Position numbers and translations under genes: made by a program. 64,000 bases of DNA, from the NCBI GenBank assembly GCA_951406725.2, contig OX597835.1, positions 19,716,001 to 19,780,000 on the forward strand, read 5' to 3'. Shown here one piece after another: positions 1-14,350 of this stretch (position 1 is its first letter; each line of letters begins with the position of its first letter). The stretch comes from Octopus vulgaris. Lineage: Eukaryota. Below the pieces are notes generated by a model, which saw nothing but the letters and a program-made list of their open reading frames with translations, was not told where the DNA came from and ran no database searches.

Positions 1-411
1 TTTTCAGTTTGAAGGGCAGTTTTTTCTAGCGGTGTCATATGAAATTGTCACCCATAATTATGACCCTGGTATCGATCTATTTAATTTCAATCTGTTTTAG
101 GATTAGGGTTAGTTAGGGGTAGGGTTAGAGGTGGGGAGAAGGGTATCATTTTTTCTTCACAAATGTAAATAAACCCAATCTGTTTCTTAAACGAGGGACA
201 TATTCATATGGGACAGAATGTTATTTACCTGAATGGACGTCATTGATTGGTTGAAATTGCAGAAATTGAAGAAAAAATAGCAACAAATATCTTACAAACT
301 ATAGAATTTTCTCAATAAAGCCAAGAGAAAAAGATGTTTTATAAACACATTCTACCAGTATACGTTACCTAGAAATTATGTTAAAAACTGCCGTTCAAAC
401 CGAAAAGATCC
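1..411. mobile_element. MITE-like element with terminal inverted repeats (left end cut by window edge) and internal TTAGGG-like tract
   Basis: 1-24 TTTTCAGTTTGAAGGGCAGTTTTT is the near-exact reverse complement of 383-406 AAAAACTGCCGTTCAAACCGAAAA; GGATTAGGGTTAGTTAGGGGTAGGGTTAG at ~100-128; no ORF. Confidence 0.7.
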
Positions 412-1604
412 GAATTTTGAGTATGCATAACCTATATCTCGAGTTAAAATATGTCAGAGAGTGAAAAGTTCACTACTAATTACATAAAGACAGAGAATGA
501 AGTATTTGCAATTAATACATTGATTTTGGGCAGAGTTCAACATCTTGTAGAAATTTTTTGTCTACTATCATATATTTCTGTATAAGTTTCAATGATTGAA
601 TAATGTCTAAGTTAAAGCCAAACAAATTCTAGCTTAATTACTAAAAACGCCTATAATGATGTCTGTAGACAAGGACTAATTTTCTAAGCCTTGTATAAAT
701 GGATGACTTCGTACACCTTGACAGCATTTGAACTCTGGAAGTAGAGACATGAGAAAAATACGGAACACTATTTTGAACTACGCTCCACTAAATCTACCGA
801 CTTTTCAAATAAAGAACTCAAATTTACATACATATGAATATTTGTGCAATTTGGAATCTCAGAAAGCCAATAGGTCGTCATGGGAAAATAGGTCAGGCAA
901 GCGATAAAGTACATATTTAACTTGTGTGCAGTATTATAGACTTTTTCATTACAACACATTTCAAGTCCGAAAGTCTGTATAAGTGGTTGTCAGAGGAAAG
1001 CATATTAAATGCTATAGATCATACATTTAATTGCTCCGTTCATCTATAGAAACATCAGCTACACTCAAAAATTTATTGAATATTTCGTTCTCATATTTAA
1101 TTTTAAGTTATGAGGTGTAATGGTGAGGGTGGTTTGGAGATGGGAGCTGTATGTTTTTGAATATATGATGATGTCTGCTACTGATATTAAAACAAGTAAA
1201 ATTGTACCTTCTACGCTTTCATGTGATAGCTTTATTCATTCATTTTGCATAATAGTTTTGGCTATCTGGGAATTTAGTACAACCGCAAATTATGTTTTCC
1301 TTTTGCCTTGCTTCATCTCTTACGCTTTACTTCGCTCCTTCTAACTATCACTTTATATACATATGTGCATACTCCGTATACACACTTATATTTGTATATA
1401 CATATACTTATGTATATTTGTACGCCTATGCGCGCACGTGTGTGTTTGTAAATTATAAAATACAAGCGCTAAAGTGATACCATAAGTTTTGCTTTTTCCT
1501 TATATCTTTCTAATATATAAATACCTGTGTGTGTGTGTGTGAGTGCGTAGGCATGTATAATTGCAGATATTTACATAAAGATATATGTGTGTGAATAGAT
1601 TTTT

Positions 1605-2207
<603 letters not shown>

Positions 2208-2372
2208 CACGACGGCCTTCTTTCAGTTTCCGTCTAGCAAATCCCCTCACAAGACTTTGGTCGGCCTGAGGCTATAGTAAAAGACACCTGCCCAAATTGC
2301 CACGCAGTGGGACTAAACCTGGAACCATGTGGTCCGTAAGCAAGCTACTTACCACACAGGCAATCATCCGCC
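2208..2372 (-). mobile_element. SINE family A, 5' portion
   Basis: Reverse complement matches the head of the full copies at 12094 and 56481. Confidence 0.85.
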
Positions 2373-2403
<31 letters not shown>

Positions 2404-2565
2404 GCACACACACACACATACATATATATATTCATATTTGTTTTAATTTTCATTGATATATCGTCAACAAATGTGGCTCAAATTAAGAAGGATTTGTTTA
2501 AAGTACATATATAATCGATGGCCTATCAATAGGGATTCGATTATTCAAAAAAAAAATGAAAAGTG

Positions 2566-2715
2566 ACGTCGCAACTCATTTCTACAGCTGAGTGAACTGG
2601 AGCAACGTGAAATAAAGTGCCTTGCTCAAGAACACAACACGCAGCCTGGTCCGGGATTCGAGCTCACAACCTCACGATCGTAAGCTTGATGCTCTAACCA
2701 CTGAGCCATGCGCCC
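2566..2715 (-). mobile_element. tRNA-derived SINE (family E)
   Basis: Minus strand GGCGCATGGCTCAGTGGTTAGAGC (A box) ... GCTCGAATCC (B box), then GTTGTGTTCTTGAGCAAGGCACTTT, resembling the conserved central domains of metazoan SINEs. Confidence 0.8.
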
Positions 2716-3215
2716 ACGGTACAGGTTGATATATAACTATCTCCTTTACTGCTCATCAGATAAACCAAGTTCGATAGAGAAATTCCTGTTCGGGATTAGC
2801 CATCTCATTTTTTGTTCGTTGTGGTGTTATAACAGCGTGCCTCATGAGATCTTCTTCGTATTTTGGTTTTAGCTGCATTTTCTATCATGTAAGGAGTCCT
2901 GTCAAAGGTCTCCTCTCTGTATATAAAAAAAATATTTATACACTCTTAAATTTTAAAATGTATATTATGTCTTATGACTTCTATTTATGCATACTAATCA
3001 CTAGTAATAAATTATTTTTATTTATTGCCCTCATATATACGATAGTAATATGTGTGTGTGTATGTGTGTGTGAGTGTGTGTGTGTATGAGTGTGTGTGTG
3101 TGTGAGTGTCTTTCCGTCATATATGTATGTATGTTATATACATATACATGCATACATACATACATATATATATATACATATATATATATATGTATATGTA
3201 TATGTATATATATAT

Positions 3216-3246
<31 letters not shown>

Positions 3247-3250
3247 TATA

Positions 3251-3291
<41 letters not shown>

Positions 3292-3293
3292 TA

Positions 3294-3335
<42 letters not shown>

Positions 3336-3573
3336 CACCATCATCAGCACACCAGCGTCACCGATCTCTGTCCACGCACACACACACGCGAACACACACA
3401 TACACACACACATACACACGCATCTTCTCATACGCACAGCACGCACCTCCATTTTGGTCTCAACACTTTAACGATTATCTCACCGAGCGTCAAACTAATA
3501 CACCTGTTTGTTGTTCATACACCTCACTTCGTCTTTTGTTTTTCTGTAAACTTCAACCATATATATATATATA

Positions 3574-3824
3574 CTTTATTTTAAGCAGCAGAAAATTCAA
3601 CAAAATCTGTTACTTTGAGTTTCTCGTTGCCGTTCATCAGACAGTTTTTGCTAGAATGGAGTATCGGTTCCATTCTAGCAAAAACTGTCTGATGAACGGC
3701 AACGAGAAACTCAGAGTAACAGATTTTGTTGAATTTTCTGCTGCTTAAAATAAAGCATATTACTCTACCACTGGTATTTGAGTACTCTTTTTTCCACCTT
3801 GTTTCACATTTATGTGTTTACTCC

Positions 3825-3828
<4 letters not shown>
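3574..3828. mobile_element. Fold-back element in (TA)n carrying two mirrored hammerhead motifs (Penelope-like pLTR remnant)
   Basis: Arms ~3574-3660 and ~3669-3755 are near-perfect inverted repeats; unique tail to ~3828; (TA)n on both sides. Confidence 0.75.
3678..3729 (+). ncRNA. Type I minimal hammerhead ribozyme motif (mirror copy on - strand at ~3600-3651)
   Basis: GCAAAAACTGT-CTGATGA-a cg GCAA cg a-GAAAC-tcaga-GTA-ACAGATTTTGT; stem I about 11 bp with one mismatch; palindromic stem III ACTC-A-GAGT. Confidence 0.75.
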
Positions 3829-3882
<54 letters not shown>

Positions 3883-3886
<4 letters not shown>

Positions 3887-4077
3887 GGTCCCGGGTTGAG
3901 TCGGGGTTAACCACAGTAAATAAGGTACTCAATACATAGCAGAGTAAATTAATTTATTTTGTAGAAGGAGCTTCTACAGAACTAGGACTGTTTCATTCAA
4001 AAGAAATCATCAGGAAGCTCTGATGATTTCTTTTGAATGAAACGGTCCTAGTTCTGTAGAAGCTCCTTCTACAAATA

Positions 4078-4082
<5 letters not shown>
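3883..4082. mobile_element. Second fold-back element in (TA)n with hammerhead motif
   Basis: ~3958-4013 is inverted relative to ~4020-4075; the same element end recurs at 36404-36507. Confidence 0.75.
3968..4020 (-). ncRNA. Type I hammerhead ribozyme motif
   Basis: Minus strand GAGCTTC-CTGATGA-tttcttttgaat-GAA-ACAG-tcctagtt-CTGT-A-GAAGCTC; perfect 7-bp stem I, 4-bp stem III, GUA cleavage triplet, weak stem II; the plus-strand mirror has a damaged stem I. Confidence 0.75.
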
Positions 4083-4135
<53 letters not shown>

Positions 4136-4709
4136 TCAAATGTGTATGCACATGCATAGTTGTTATTTGAATGTATGGCTAAGTAGGTACATATTTCTAT
4201 ATAATACGTTTAGCATTGCTCCTGTTGGTAGGGCTTGTGATTTTCTATGCCTCGTATGCATATATTTATCCGCGTGTTTCCATATATAATGATATTCATT
4301 TCAATGCTCAAATCTGTCTCTCCAGAATAAGAAAGAAAGAATTGAAATAAAACATATAATGTACATCTTAAATTAAGCGAATTTATTTAGATATTCTAGA
4401 GAAAGCAAATTTATCAGAATGTCTTTCGAAAATCCTTTCTCTCTTCTTATTTAAAGTGACGTTTATATTTAATCCTTTGAAGAAGTGAGAAGTTGCTACA
4501 AAATATCTAATTCCTAATAGAATAAAAGTTTTCCTTCAGAATAAGTTACTGTCTAATACAAGGAAGTCTTACTTGAGGAGGTTTCATTCGAAGTAATATT
4601 TGTTTGGTTTTTGGGTTGTTTTTTCTTTTGCTTTTCTAACTCTTTTTACGTTTATTCTTCTCTGTTTTTCAGCTACTTTATATATATATATATATACATA
4701 CATACGTAA

Positions 4710-4796
<87 letters not shown>

Positions 4797-4832
4797 TATA
4801 TGTATGTATATATATATGTATATATATATGTT

Positions 4833-4866
<34 letters not shown>

Positions 4867-4945
4867 CATACATACATAAATACATACATACATATATATA
4901 TATATATAAATATATATGTATGTATATATATATATGTATATATAT

Positions 4946-5026
<81 letters not shown>

Positions 5027-5474
5027 TATATTTCTTGGCTATCCTTTTTTCTTATAAAACAGCGAAATCCCTTTTTTTTTATCACATACAATAGGAAGGA
5101 ACAACAACGACAGCAGCAACAAAAATAACAATAATAATAACAATAAATTTTGTGAACATCATCACCCTCATCCTCATCATCAACATCGTATTCCTCCTCA
5201 TCATAAAGATCATGAGAAATGTAGTGTAACGTTTATATCTAATATAGTATGTCGGTGAATTGATAAACTCGTATTTAAAAATGAAGTGTGATATCGACTT
5301 TAGGCAGAAGCATGTTGTATGAGAATCTAGCAGTGGAGATGCATTGAGATTATGTTAAAGAAACCGTTCTAGTTGGAGACGCAGGTATGCTGATTACACA
5401 AATTCGCATGCACTCAGAAGCACCCAATCCTACGCTCAGACACACAGACATACGAACACACACGCTCACGTAAC

Positions 5475-6408
5475 TATAAATATATATGTATGGATATGTG
5501 TATACACTTATATGTATGTATATCTGTATGCATATATATGTATGTGTGTGTAAATATGTATGTATATATATTCTTTTATTCTTCTATTTGTTTCAGTATA
5601 TTGACTGCGGCCGTGCTGGAGCACTGCCTCTTATTCGAACAGTTCGACACCAGGACTTACTCTTTGTAATCCTAGTGCTTATTCTATTGCTATATTTTGC
5701 TGAACCGCCGGGTTACGCCGACAGAAACAAACAAACTTCGGTTGACAAGCGATAGTAGGGGGACAAACACAGACACACAAACATATATATATGTTTGTGA
5801 GTGTGTGTGTGTGTGTGTGTATGCGTACGTGTGTGCGTGTTAGAACGAACCGAAACAGAAATCGAAGAATGATTATATATTTTTAAATTTATAATTTAAA
5901 ATTATAAATTTAAAAATATATAATTATTCTTCGATTTCTGTTTCGGTTCGTTCTAACACGCACACACGCACGCATACACACACACACACACACTCACAAA
6001 CATATATATATGTTTGTGTGTCTGTGTTTGTCCCCCTACTATCGCTTGTCAACCGAAGTTGGTTTGTTTCTGTCGGCGTAACCCGGCGGTTCAGCAAAAG
6101 ATAGCAATAGAATAAGCACTAGGATTACAAAGAGTAAGTCCTGGTGTCGAACTGTTCGAATAAGAGGCAGTGCTCCAGCACGGCCGCAGTCAATATACTG
6201 AAACAAATAGAGGAATAAAAGAATATATATACATACATATTTACACACACATACATATATATGCATACAGATATACATACATATAAGTGTATACACATAT
6301 CCATACATATATATTTATAATTTAAAATTATAAATTTAAAAATATATAATCATTCTTCGATTTCTGTTTCGGTTCGTTCTAACACGCACATACGCACGCA
6401 TACACTCA

Positions 6409-6474
<66 letters not shown>

Positions 6475-6548
6475 TATATATATGTTTGTGTGTCTGTGTT
6501 TGTCCCCCTACTATCGCTTGTCAACCGACGTTTGTTTGTTTATGTCGA
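5475..6548. repeat. ~845-bp palindrome centred near 5897 plus a third partial arm; contains SINE A 3' halves
   Basis: Mirror ORFs 5486-5755(+) and 6039-6308(-); 6313-6548 repeats ~5888-6075. Confidence 0.95.
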
Positions 6549-6657
6549 TAAATTATATACCAGTTACGCACTGGGATCGATGTAATCGACTTAATCCTTT
6601 TGTCTGTCCTTGTTTGTCCCCTCTGTGGTTAGCCCCTTGTGGGTAGTAAAGAAATAG
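6545..6657 (+). mobile_element. SINE family B, 3' half
   Basis: Matches the 3' half of the copy at 19974-20205. Confidence 0.85.
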
Positions 6658-6899
6658 CTAATATCTGAAAAAGGATAGCACACTTGCTGAAATTCAAGTC
6701 CAAGGTATTTCTCGCAATTGCTTTGTTTTTCCACGAATAAATGCTGAATCCCAGTTGCCCTCTATGAACGAGGGGGATAATTTGAACAACAGCGGATCTG
6801 AAGACTTCAGTTATAAGTACCACGCAATGTATGCAAACCCGCTAACAGAGAAAAAAAAAACTGCAAATCCAGTCCTTCTTAAAATTAGGTGAAAATAGC

Positions 6900-7300
6900 A
6901 TTGAAATTAGCGAGACAGAAATTTTCTGGTGTGGAAATGTGCACTGAAACGATGACAACTGAAAGTGCAGTGGCCATAATGTGATTACAAATGTAAAACG
7001 ATTTTAACTGTAGTTCATTTAGTGAATACTGAGAACGAAATGTGCATAACACCTGGCAACAATATTTTTCTTCACAAGATATTTCCGAGACGAAATCCAT
7101 TTCAAGGCAATATATGTTAATCAAATTTCAGCCCAAACTAAATAAATTCTTAGATCTTTATTTTTGAGAAACATCTGTTCTCCATTTCTACAAGTAATAT
7201 CAATAAAAAGGTCAGCCATGTCAGAGTCGAGAAAGATGCAGGCATTATTCAATGGATTCACAAAATATAATGAACACCAATATTCCTTCACGCTGTCTTC
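6900..7300 (-). pseudogene. Possible highly degenerate hAT-type transposase C-terminal remnant
   Basis: Fragments ADLFIDITC...W and LCTFRSQYSLNE loosely resemble the hAT dimerisation motif; weak. Confidence 0.25.
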
Positions 7301-8087
7301 GTTTTTCTTCAGCGTAACTGAATTCAGAATATAAACTTCTACTTTTTCTAGTATTTTCCATATTCTATGTTGCATTTTACTTTAAACGGTAAGTTTGTTA
7401 CGGACGTACCTGGTATCAATAATGGTAAATAGAAACAGAATCGCACTAATTCTCCAAAATGTAAAGAAATTCTCCTCATAATCTTAGTGAAGTAGCAAAA
7501 TCTGCAGTTATTCCTATAACTTGATGTATGTGTTTTTGTGTGTATGTATAAAATATACAACATGTTGTATATACACACAGAAGCGCACACAAGCACAGGC
7601 ACACAGAAGTGTCGTAGCAAGAGTAATGCCAAGTCGATGATTCATAATTACTACAGTGCATTCAGGAGATACTGAGTGTATAACAAGTTTTCCTCTATAG
7701 AAATGTAATTCTCATCTTCATTATCATGAAAGACATATCAGCATTATGTTGCGCCCGGCTATCGAAACCTCTTTAGAAAACTCCAAATGCACATCGATAT
7801 ACTCGCCTTCACCTGAAATAGCCTCATCAAATATTTGTTACCAAAGACTGTGCTTTGTTGGCCATTTGGAAGCCGGATCACGCCCAACTTAGGCTTGCCC
7901 TATATGGCAGAACACTGATCACACTCATTAGCTAATATCTTGATATATTTCAAAGGATGCGTGAAACTACACATTCATTCTTTGAATGTACGCGGATCTC
8001 TGCCAGATTCTAGATCGTTCAATCCTGCATTCCTTCTCCTTTAGCATATTTGAATATCGGAATATACTGCTCCCATTACACAGTGCA

Positions 8088-8465
8088 GCCAATGGCCCAG
8101 TGGTTAGGGCAGCGGACTCGCGGTCATAGGATCGCGGTTTCGATTCCCAGATCGGGCGTTGTAAATGTTTATTGAGTGAAAACACCTACAAAAGCTCCAC
8201 GAGGCTCCGGCAGGGGATGGTAGGGATCCCTGCTGTACTCTTTCACCACAACTTTCTCTCATTCTTACTTCCTGTTTCTGTTGTGCCTGTATTTCAAGGA
8301 GCCGGCCTTGTCACTCTCTGTGTCACGCTGAATATCCCCGAGAACTACGTTAAGGGTACACGTGTCTGTGGAGTGCTCAGCCACTTACACGTTAATTTCA
8401 CGAGCAGGCTGTTCCGTTGATTCGGATCAACCGGAACCCTCGTCGTCGTAACCGACGGAGTGCTT
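8088..8465 (+). mobile_element. tRNA-derived SINE family C, full length
   Basis: A box TGGCCCAGTGG, B box GTTTCGATTCC; near-identical to copies at 33214, 37026, 44586 and 49020. Confidence 0.92.
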
Positions 8466-8789
8466 ACTTCCTTCCTCCTTACAGCCACATAACAGAAAAT
8501 CAAGGATAGTGACACCATAGTCCTGTGAAAAATCAGAGTTGTTTCCACTTGATAAATGCCTCTTGATTCGTAGTAAGTGGGGAATTGTTGTGATGCTATT
8601 CTATAAACTGCATTTTCTTTCTGGATCATACAGTTACGTTCACGTTTCATTTGCTGCCATCAAATCGGAAACAAAGTTGCTAAATGTCTTCAAAAGTTTT
8701 CAGATTATGATAAAAATATTTAAATTTTTCCCCATCAGATCTGATATGAACTTCCGACGTTTCTACGTTGCCCAATGTTTACAAAGTCA

Positions 8790-8827
8790 AAAGCCAACAA
8801 AAGCCTTCTGAATCGATTTGGTAGACG

Positions 8828-8864
<37 letters not shown>

Positions 8865-9068
8865 TTGTGTATCTGTGTTTGTCCCACCAGCATCGCTTGA
8901 CAACCGATGTGTGTTTACGCCTCCGTAACATAGCGGTTCGGGTAGAGAGCCCGATAGAATAAGTACGCTGCTTACAAAGAATAAGTCCTGGGTTCGATTT
9001 GCTCGACTAAAGGTGGTGCTCCAGCATGGCCGCAGTCTGAAACAAATAAAAGAATAAAAGAATAAAGA
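8790..9068 (+). mobile_element. SINE family A, 5'-truncated
   Basis: Matches body and 3' end of family A, including the internal TA tract. Confidence 0.85.
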
Positions 9069-9190
9069 AATAATTACATATAGTCTTAAACACACACATG
9101 CACAGACACACACAAACATACACACGCATTCACACATATATGCACACATGCACACTCACACACACATACACCCATGCATACATATATACC

Positions 9191-9522
9191 AAAATGTACA
9201 CACGCACATACCATTTAAAGTTTTTGCCCAATAGAATTTGAGGAACGTCGTCCCGGGATGCGCGAGTTACTTCCCTGGGAGATAAATTTGATTGGAAATA
9301 CGTTAAAATGGAGGTCATATATGTAAATGTACTGTTAAAAAAAATTGTGACATAAAATGTACACACGCACATACCGTTTTAAATTTTTGCCCTATAGAAT
9401 TTGAGGAACGTCGTCCCGGGATGCGCGAGTTACTTCCCTGGGAGATAAATTTGAATGGAAATACGTTAAAATGGAGGTCATATATGTAAATGTACTGTTA
9501 AAAAAAATTGTGAAACAAAATG
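9191..9522. repeat. Tandem duplication, ~163-bp unit, two copies
   Basis: AAAATGTACACACGCACATACC...AAAATTGTGA starts at 9191 and again at 9354 with few differences. Confidence 0.95.
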
Positions 9523-9961
9523 TTCAGACACAGTTCCGTATTAAAACCAGAAGCAACATCAACCACAATGACGCACAAGAGCGTCACTGAAAACACTAGC
9601 ATTAACACAACACAACACGCCATTTCCGACATATCCATCAAGGCAGACACCACCAGCACCACCCGGTCCACGACGACGGCTGCCACCACTACCAGCGACC
9701 ACGACGCGATCAGAGATGCAAAGACAAGCACCTCAATATAACACGTTTGCTGACAACATCATCAGAGTCACCTTTTCCATCACAGCTACGAATAAACACC
9801 TCAGGCAAAGAAAGAATTCAATGAAGATCGCAGCCAGAATATCATTTACTCAAACAGAAAGACATTTAAACCAACACCTTCGAGGACACAACCATTACCA
9901 CCACCCAGACCACACCACAACCACAAACACAACCACTACTACCATCATCACCATCATATGC

Positions 9962-10040
9962 CCGGGCATATGGCGGAGTGGTTGTGAACGCGGGCTGCTA
10001 ACCCCAAGATTCCGAGCTCGATTCCAAGCAGTGACCTGAA
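9962..10040 (+). mobile_element. tRNA-like short element (GCT anticodon loop) followed by an (AAT)n tract
   Basis: TGGCGGAGTGG A box, GGG-CTGCTAA-CCC anticodon arm, GCTCGATTCC B box; imperfect acceptor stem, so a pseudo-tRNA or SINE. Confidence 0.6.
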
Positions 10041-10042
10041 CA

Positions 10043-10044
10043 AA

Positions 10045-10113
<69 letters not shown>

Positions 10114-10147
10114 GATAATAATAATAATAATAATAATGATGATGATG

Positions 10148-10217
<70 letters not shown>

Positions 10218-10325
10218 GAAGAGAAGAAGAAGAAGAAGAAGAAGAAGAAGAAGAAGAAGAAGAAGAAGAAGAAGAAGAAGAAGAAGAAGAAGAAGAAGAA
10301 GAAGAAGAAGAAGGAGAAGAAGAAT
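10043..10325. repeat. Compound (AAT)n(GAT)n(GAA)n microsatellite
   Basis: Direct inspection. Confidence 0.98.
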
Positions 10326-10575
10326 AAATGCCATGATGCAGTACCAGACAATGGCTCTAATGGCTTCTGATCTTCACTAATTGGAAGTGTTATCGTGTAC
10401 ATTGTTTTTTGTCTTGGTATAAAAGATGGGCTACAGCTAATATTCTGCTTAATACCACAGATTTGCTCCTCAGTGTCTCTTGACTTTAACCAGTTGACCA
10501 TGTCCCTTAGTGCCTGACAATATGTGCATCTCTGAGATCTCTGAGATCACCATGTCGCGCACTACTCTCTCACTC
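10325..10575 (+). mobile_element. Family D element bordered by (TAA)-type repeats, internally deleted copy
   Basis: Reverse complement of both ends of 42635-43194; middle missing. Confidence 0.85.
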
Positions 10576-10594
10576 AATAATAATAATTAGTAAT

Positions 10595-10735
10595 AATACC
10601 TTAGGAATGAGAACCCAGGCTCGAAATTTCTCCAAGACACCTGAAGGCTGGAGGGTATATCTGCGGAAACGTTGTGTTAACAACAAGCAAGATGAGGACA
10701 AATACCCGTCGAATGTAAATAAGGTAAATAATGTT
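10595..10735 (+). mobile_element. Short element with degenerate hammerhead motif (10636-10678)
   Basis: GACAC-CTGA(core shortened)-aggctg...ctgcg-GAAAC-GTT-GTGTT. Confidence 0.5.
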
Positions 10736-10754
10736 CTATGACGTCCTGTAACCA

Positions 10755-10805
<51 letters not shown>

Positions 10806-10831
10806 GTATGTACATATATGTATGTATACAT

Positions 10832-10925
<94 letters not shown>

Positions 10926-11990
10926 GTGTGTGTGTGTGTGTGTATATATATAATTTATATGATATGATTGAACGCATCGCATCTGTTTGCAAGTAAGATT
11001 TATCTGTGTCTGTTTTCGATGATATTCTTTGCCTCACAGGCAAAACATTTCCAAGTGTAAAGTTGTGTTATCGAATGCAAACACACACATACATACACGC
11101 ACACACATGCTTACAAACATTTGTACGCGTAGATGCATTCATGCATATGAAGATGCATACATGTTATTGCAAATATATATGGCTCTGTGTGTGTGTGTGT
11201 GTTTGTGGGTGTATGTTTATATGTATCTTTCTCGCTCTCTTTCTTCCTAAGAGCTGCGTAGTGGTCTCCATAATATCTATTGTATAGGATAGACAATTCA
11301 AACCAGTAACACACGCCAGTCCATAAAATGCTAAATACATTATCACTAAAAATTAAACGACACAGTCAAACGTTATTATCAAATAACACGTATTACTCTT
11401 TGAATTCCAGGAAACAGAGGGAGTTAGAAACTAAACCGGATAAAATTATGCCTCGAGATGTTGATGTTGTTTTTCTTATAGCCTTTCTTAATATATTGAC
11501 TGCACCAGTAGTTGCAACTTAAATGGATTTATTTAGCTGTGACCTAGTTCCTGTATACTGAAATCGCCTATAAGGTATCATTTCTACTCTGAATAGAAAA
11601 TAGGTTAGTCATTTTTAAGTGACTAAATACATTTGAATTTTGCCACAACGAAATATTTTCTGCCTCTGGCTGTATAACCCATTGTGAAAGCACTATATTT
11701 TTCTGAGCTAAATTACGTGGTATTAACGAGGCACATTAAGAGAAATGGCTCTACATTTCCAACATTTACTAAAGACGATTTATATCTCAGTTTTACCAAA
11801 CAATCCTTGGTGAAGAACAAGTAGATCAACTTATTCATTTCTGAGTGCTAAGATAGGCAGAATAATTTTAAGGCAGTAATTTTCTTTCAATGAATTAAAA
11901 ACGTAAGCGATCAGTAATGAGTTGACTCTTTTTCCTTAAAGTATATTTATTTTAAGGGTCTAATTTTCTGTCAATGTATAAACAACTTTG

Positions 11991-12613
<623 letters not shown>

Positions 12614-12615
<2 letters not shown>

Positions 12616-12775
12616 AGTGGCTGTATGGTAAGTAGGTTGCTTACCAACCCAACCACATGGTTCCGGGTTCAGTCCCATTGCGTGGCACCTTGTGCAAGTG
12701 TCTTCTACTATAGCCTCGGGTCGACCAAAGCCTTGTGAGTGGATTTGGTAGACGGAAACTGAAAGAAGCCCGTCG

Positions 12776-12859
<84 letters not shown>

Positions 12860-13080
12860 TGTGCGTGTTTGTGTGTCTGTGTTTTTCCCCCTAGCATTGC
12901 TTAGCAACCGATGCTGGTGTGTTTATTTTCCCGTTACTTAGCGGTTCGGCAAAAGAGACCGATAGAATAAGTACTAGGTTTACAAAGGAATAAGTCCTGG
13001 GGTCGAGTTGCTCGATTAAACGCGGTGCTTAGGCATGGCCGAAGTCAAATGACTGAAACAAGTAAAAGAGTAAAGAGTAA
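12614..13080 (+). mobile_element. SINE family A, full length, head-to-tail with previous copy
   Basis: High identity to 12094-12568; separated only by (TA)n. Confidence 0.92.
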
Positions 13081-13797
13081 AGCGTAATATAGATCTGATC
13101 AATAGAACAGCCTGCACGTAAAATTAACGTGCAAGTGGCTGAGAACTCCACAGAAACCTGTACATTTAACATGGCGTCTTCGTTTCGTATAGGCACGTAA
13201 ATACACGTGTTTTTGAGGGAATGACAGACTGGCACGACCATAAATTTGATATTTCAAGCAGGCATTAAAACTGCGAGAAAGAAGAGTCCAGTCCATTGTG
13301 CTCTCCTTGAGTATCTTTGTTAATTCTTCTTGTATATTCTTCGTCTTTTATTTGAACGATCGTCAATACGATTATTCTTGTAAACATCACTGCCTTTTCA
13401 CGACGTTTCAGTTATGTGCTGATGAAGTCGAGATGATATGCTTTCAGTTTTGTTTGCGATAAACTTTTTAACCCCTTCACAAAAGGCTAACCGTGAATGA
13501 CCACATTAGAATTGCCAAAATTTGGGATCAAATGCATGTGAACATCAGCAAAGTGTACGAGATTTTATTCATAACATGAAAGCACAAAATGCAATGTGTG
13601 ATGAGGTGTGCTGAGTATTATGTCATCTACATTATACATGCAAACTTTCGGAAGATGACTGCGAGAAAAACTGTCGAATAGCGTCATCCCCTAAGATTCT
13701 ACTATTCAGAGGATAATGGATGCTCGATAGCGTTATCTCATGTTCAGAAATATCAGCTTCATCCAAAGCCGATAATATATTTAAGTGTGTATATGCA

Positions 13798-13833
<36 letters not shown>

Positions 13834-13850
13834 TACACACTCCACACGCT

Positions 13851-13915
<65 letters not shown>

Positions 13916-14033
13916 TACGTATTTTTGCACCCCTGAGGGTGGAGCTACTGTAGTTTTAGCACACACTCCTCCACACACACTTTCTGTGTCCTGTCACAAA
14001 GGGAAGTCATCCTTCCCGTCTTCAACTTATATA

Positions 14034-14078
14034 CACACGGACTCGAGTTTCGAGGTATTGACCTCTCGTCAGCGTGTG
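14034..14078 (-). ncRNA. Canonical type I hammerhead ribozyme
   Basis: Exact reverse complement of 14351-14395. Confidence 0.9.
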
Positions 14079-14350
14079 ACAATCATAGTTGCAAATACTG
14101 ACAGGACACAGAAAGTGTTCTATATGGAGATGTGTCCTCCTGGCTAAAAACTACAGTAGCATCCACCCTTAGGGGTTAGCCATATTGAAATGGCAAAAAT
14201 ACGTCACGATGTGTTACCGCTACTGTATATAACTAACTCTGATATTTATCATTGTTTGATTTCACTTTTTCAATATCAGCGACAGTGGACGCTGGAAAAA
14301 GTATAAGTATTTGTGAAGGAAATCTAATTCTCGGTGACAACTATGATTGT

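Noticed and set aside
8172-8420. Recurrent MVVIPAVLFHHNFLS... ORF in several places
   Set aside because: Incidental frame within SINE family C, not a gene family
9520-10039. Thr/His-rich ORFs resembling a mucin exon
   Set aside because: Decayed (ACC)/(CAA) low complexity with no splice support
11020-11065. TTTGCCTCACAG acceptor like the one at 36133
   Set aside because: Following donor (GTAAAG) is weak and the length is not frame-preserving
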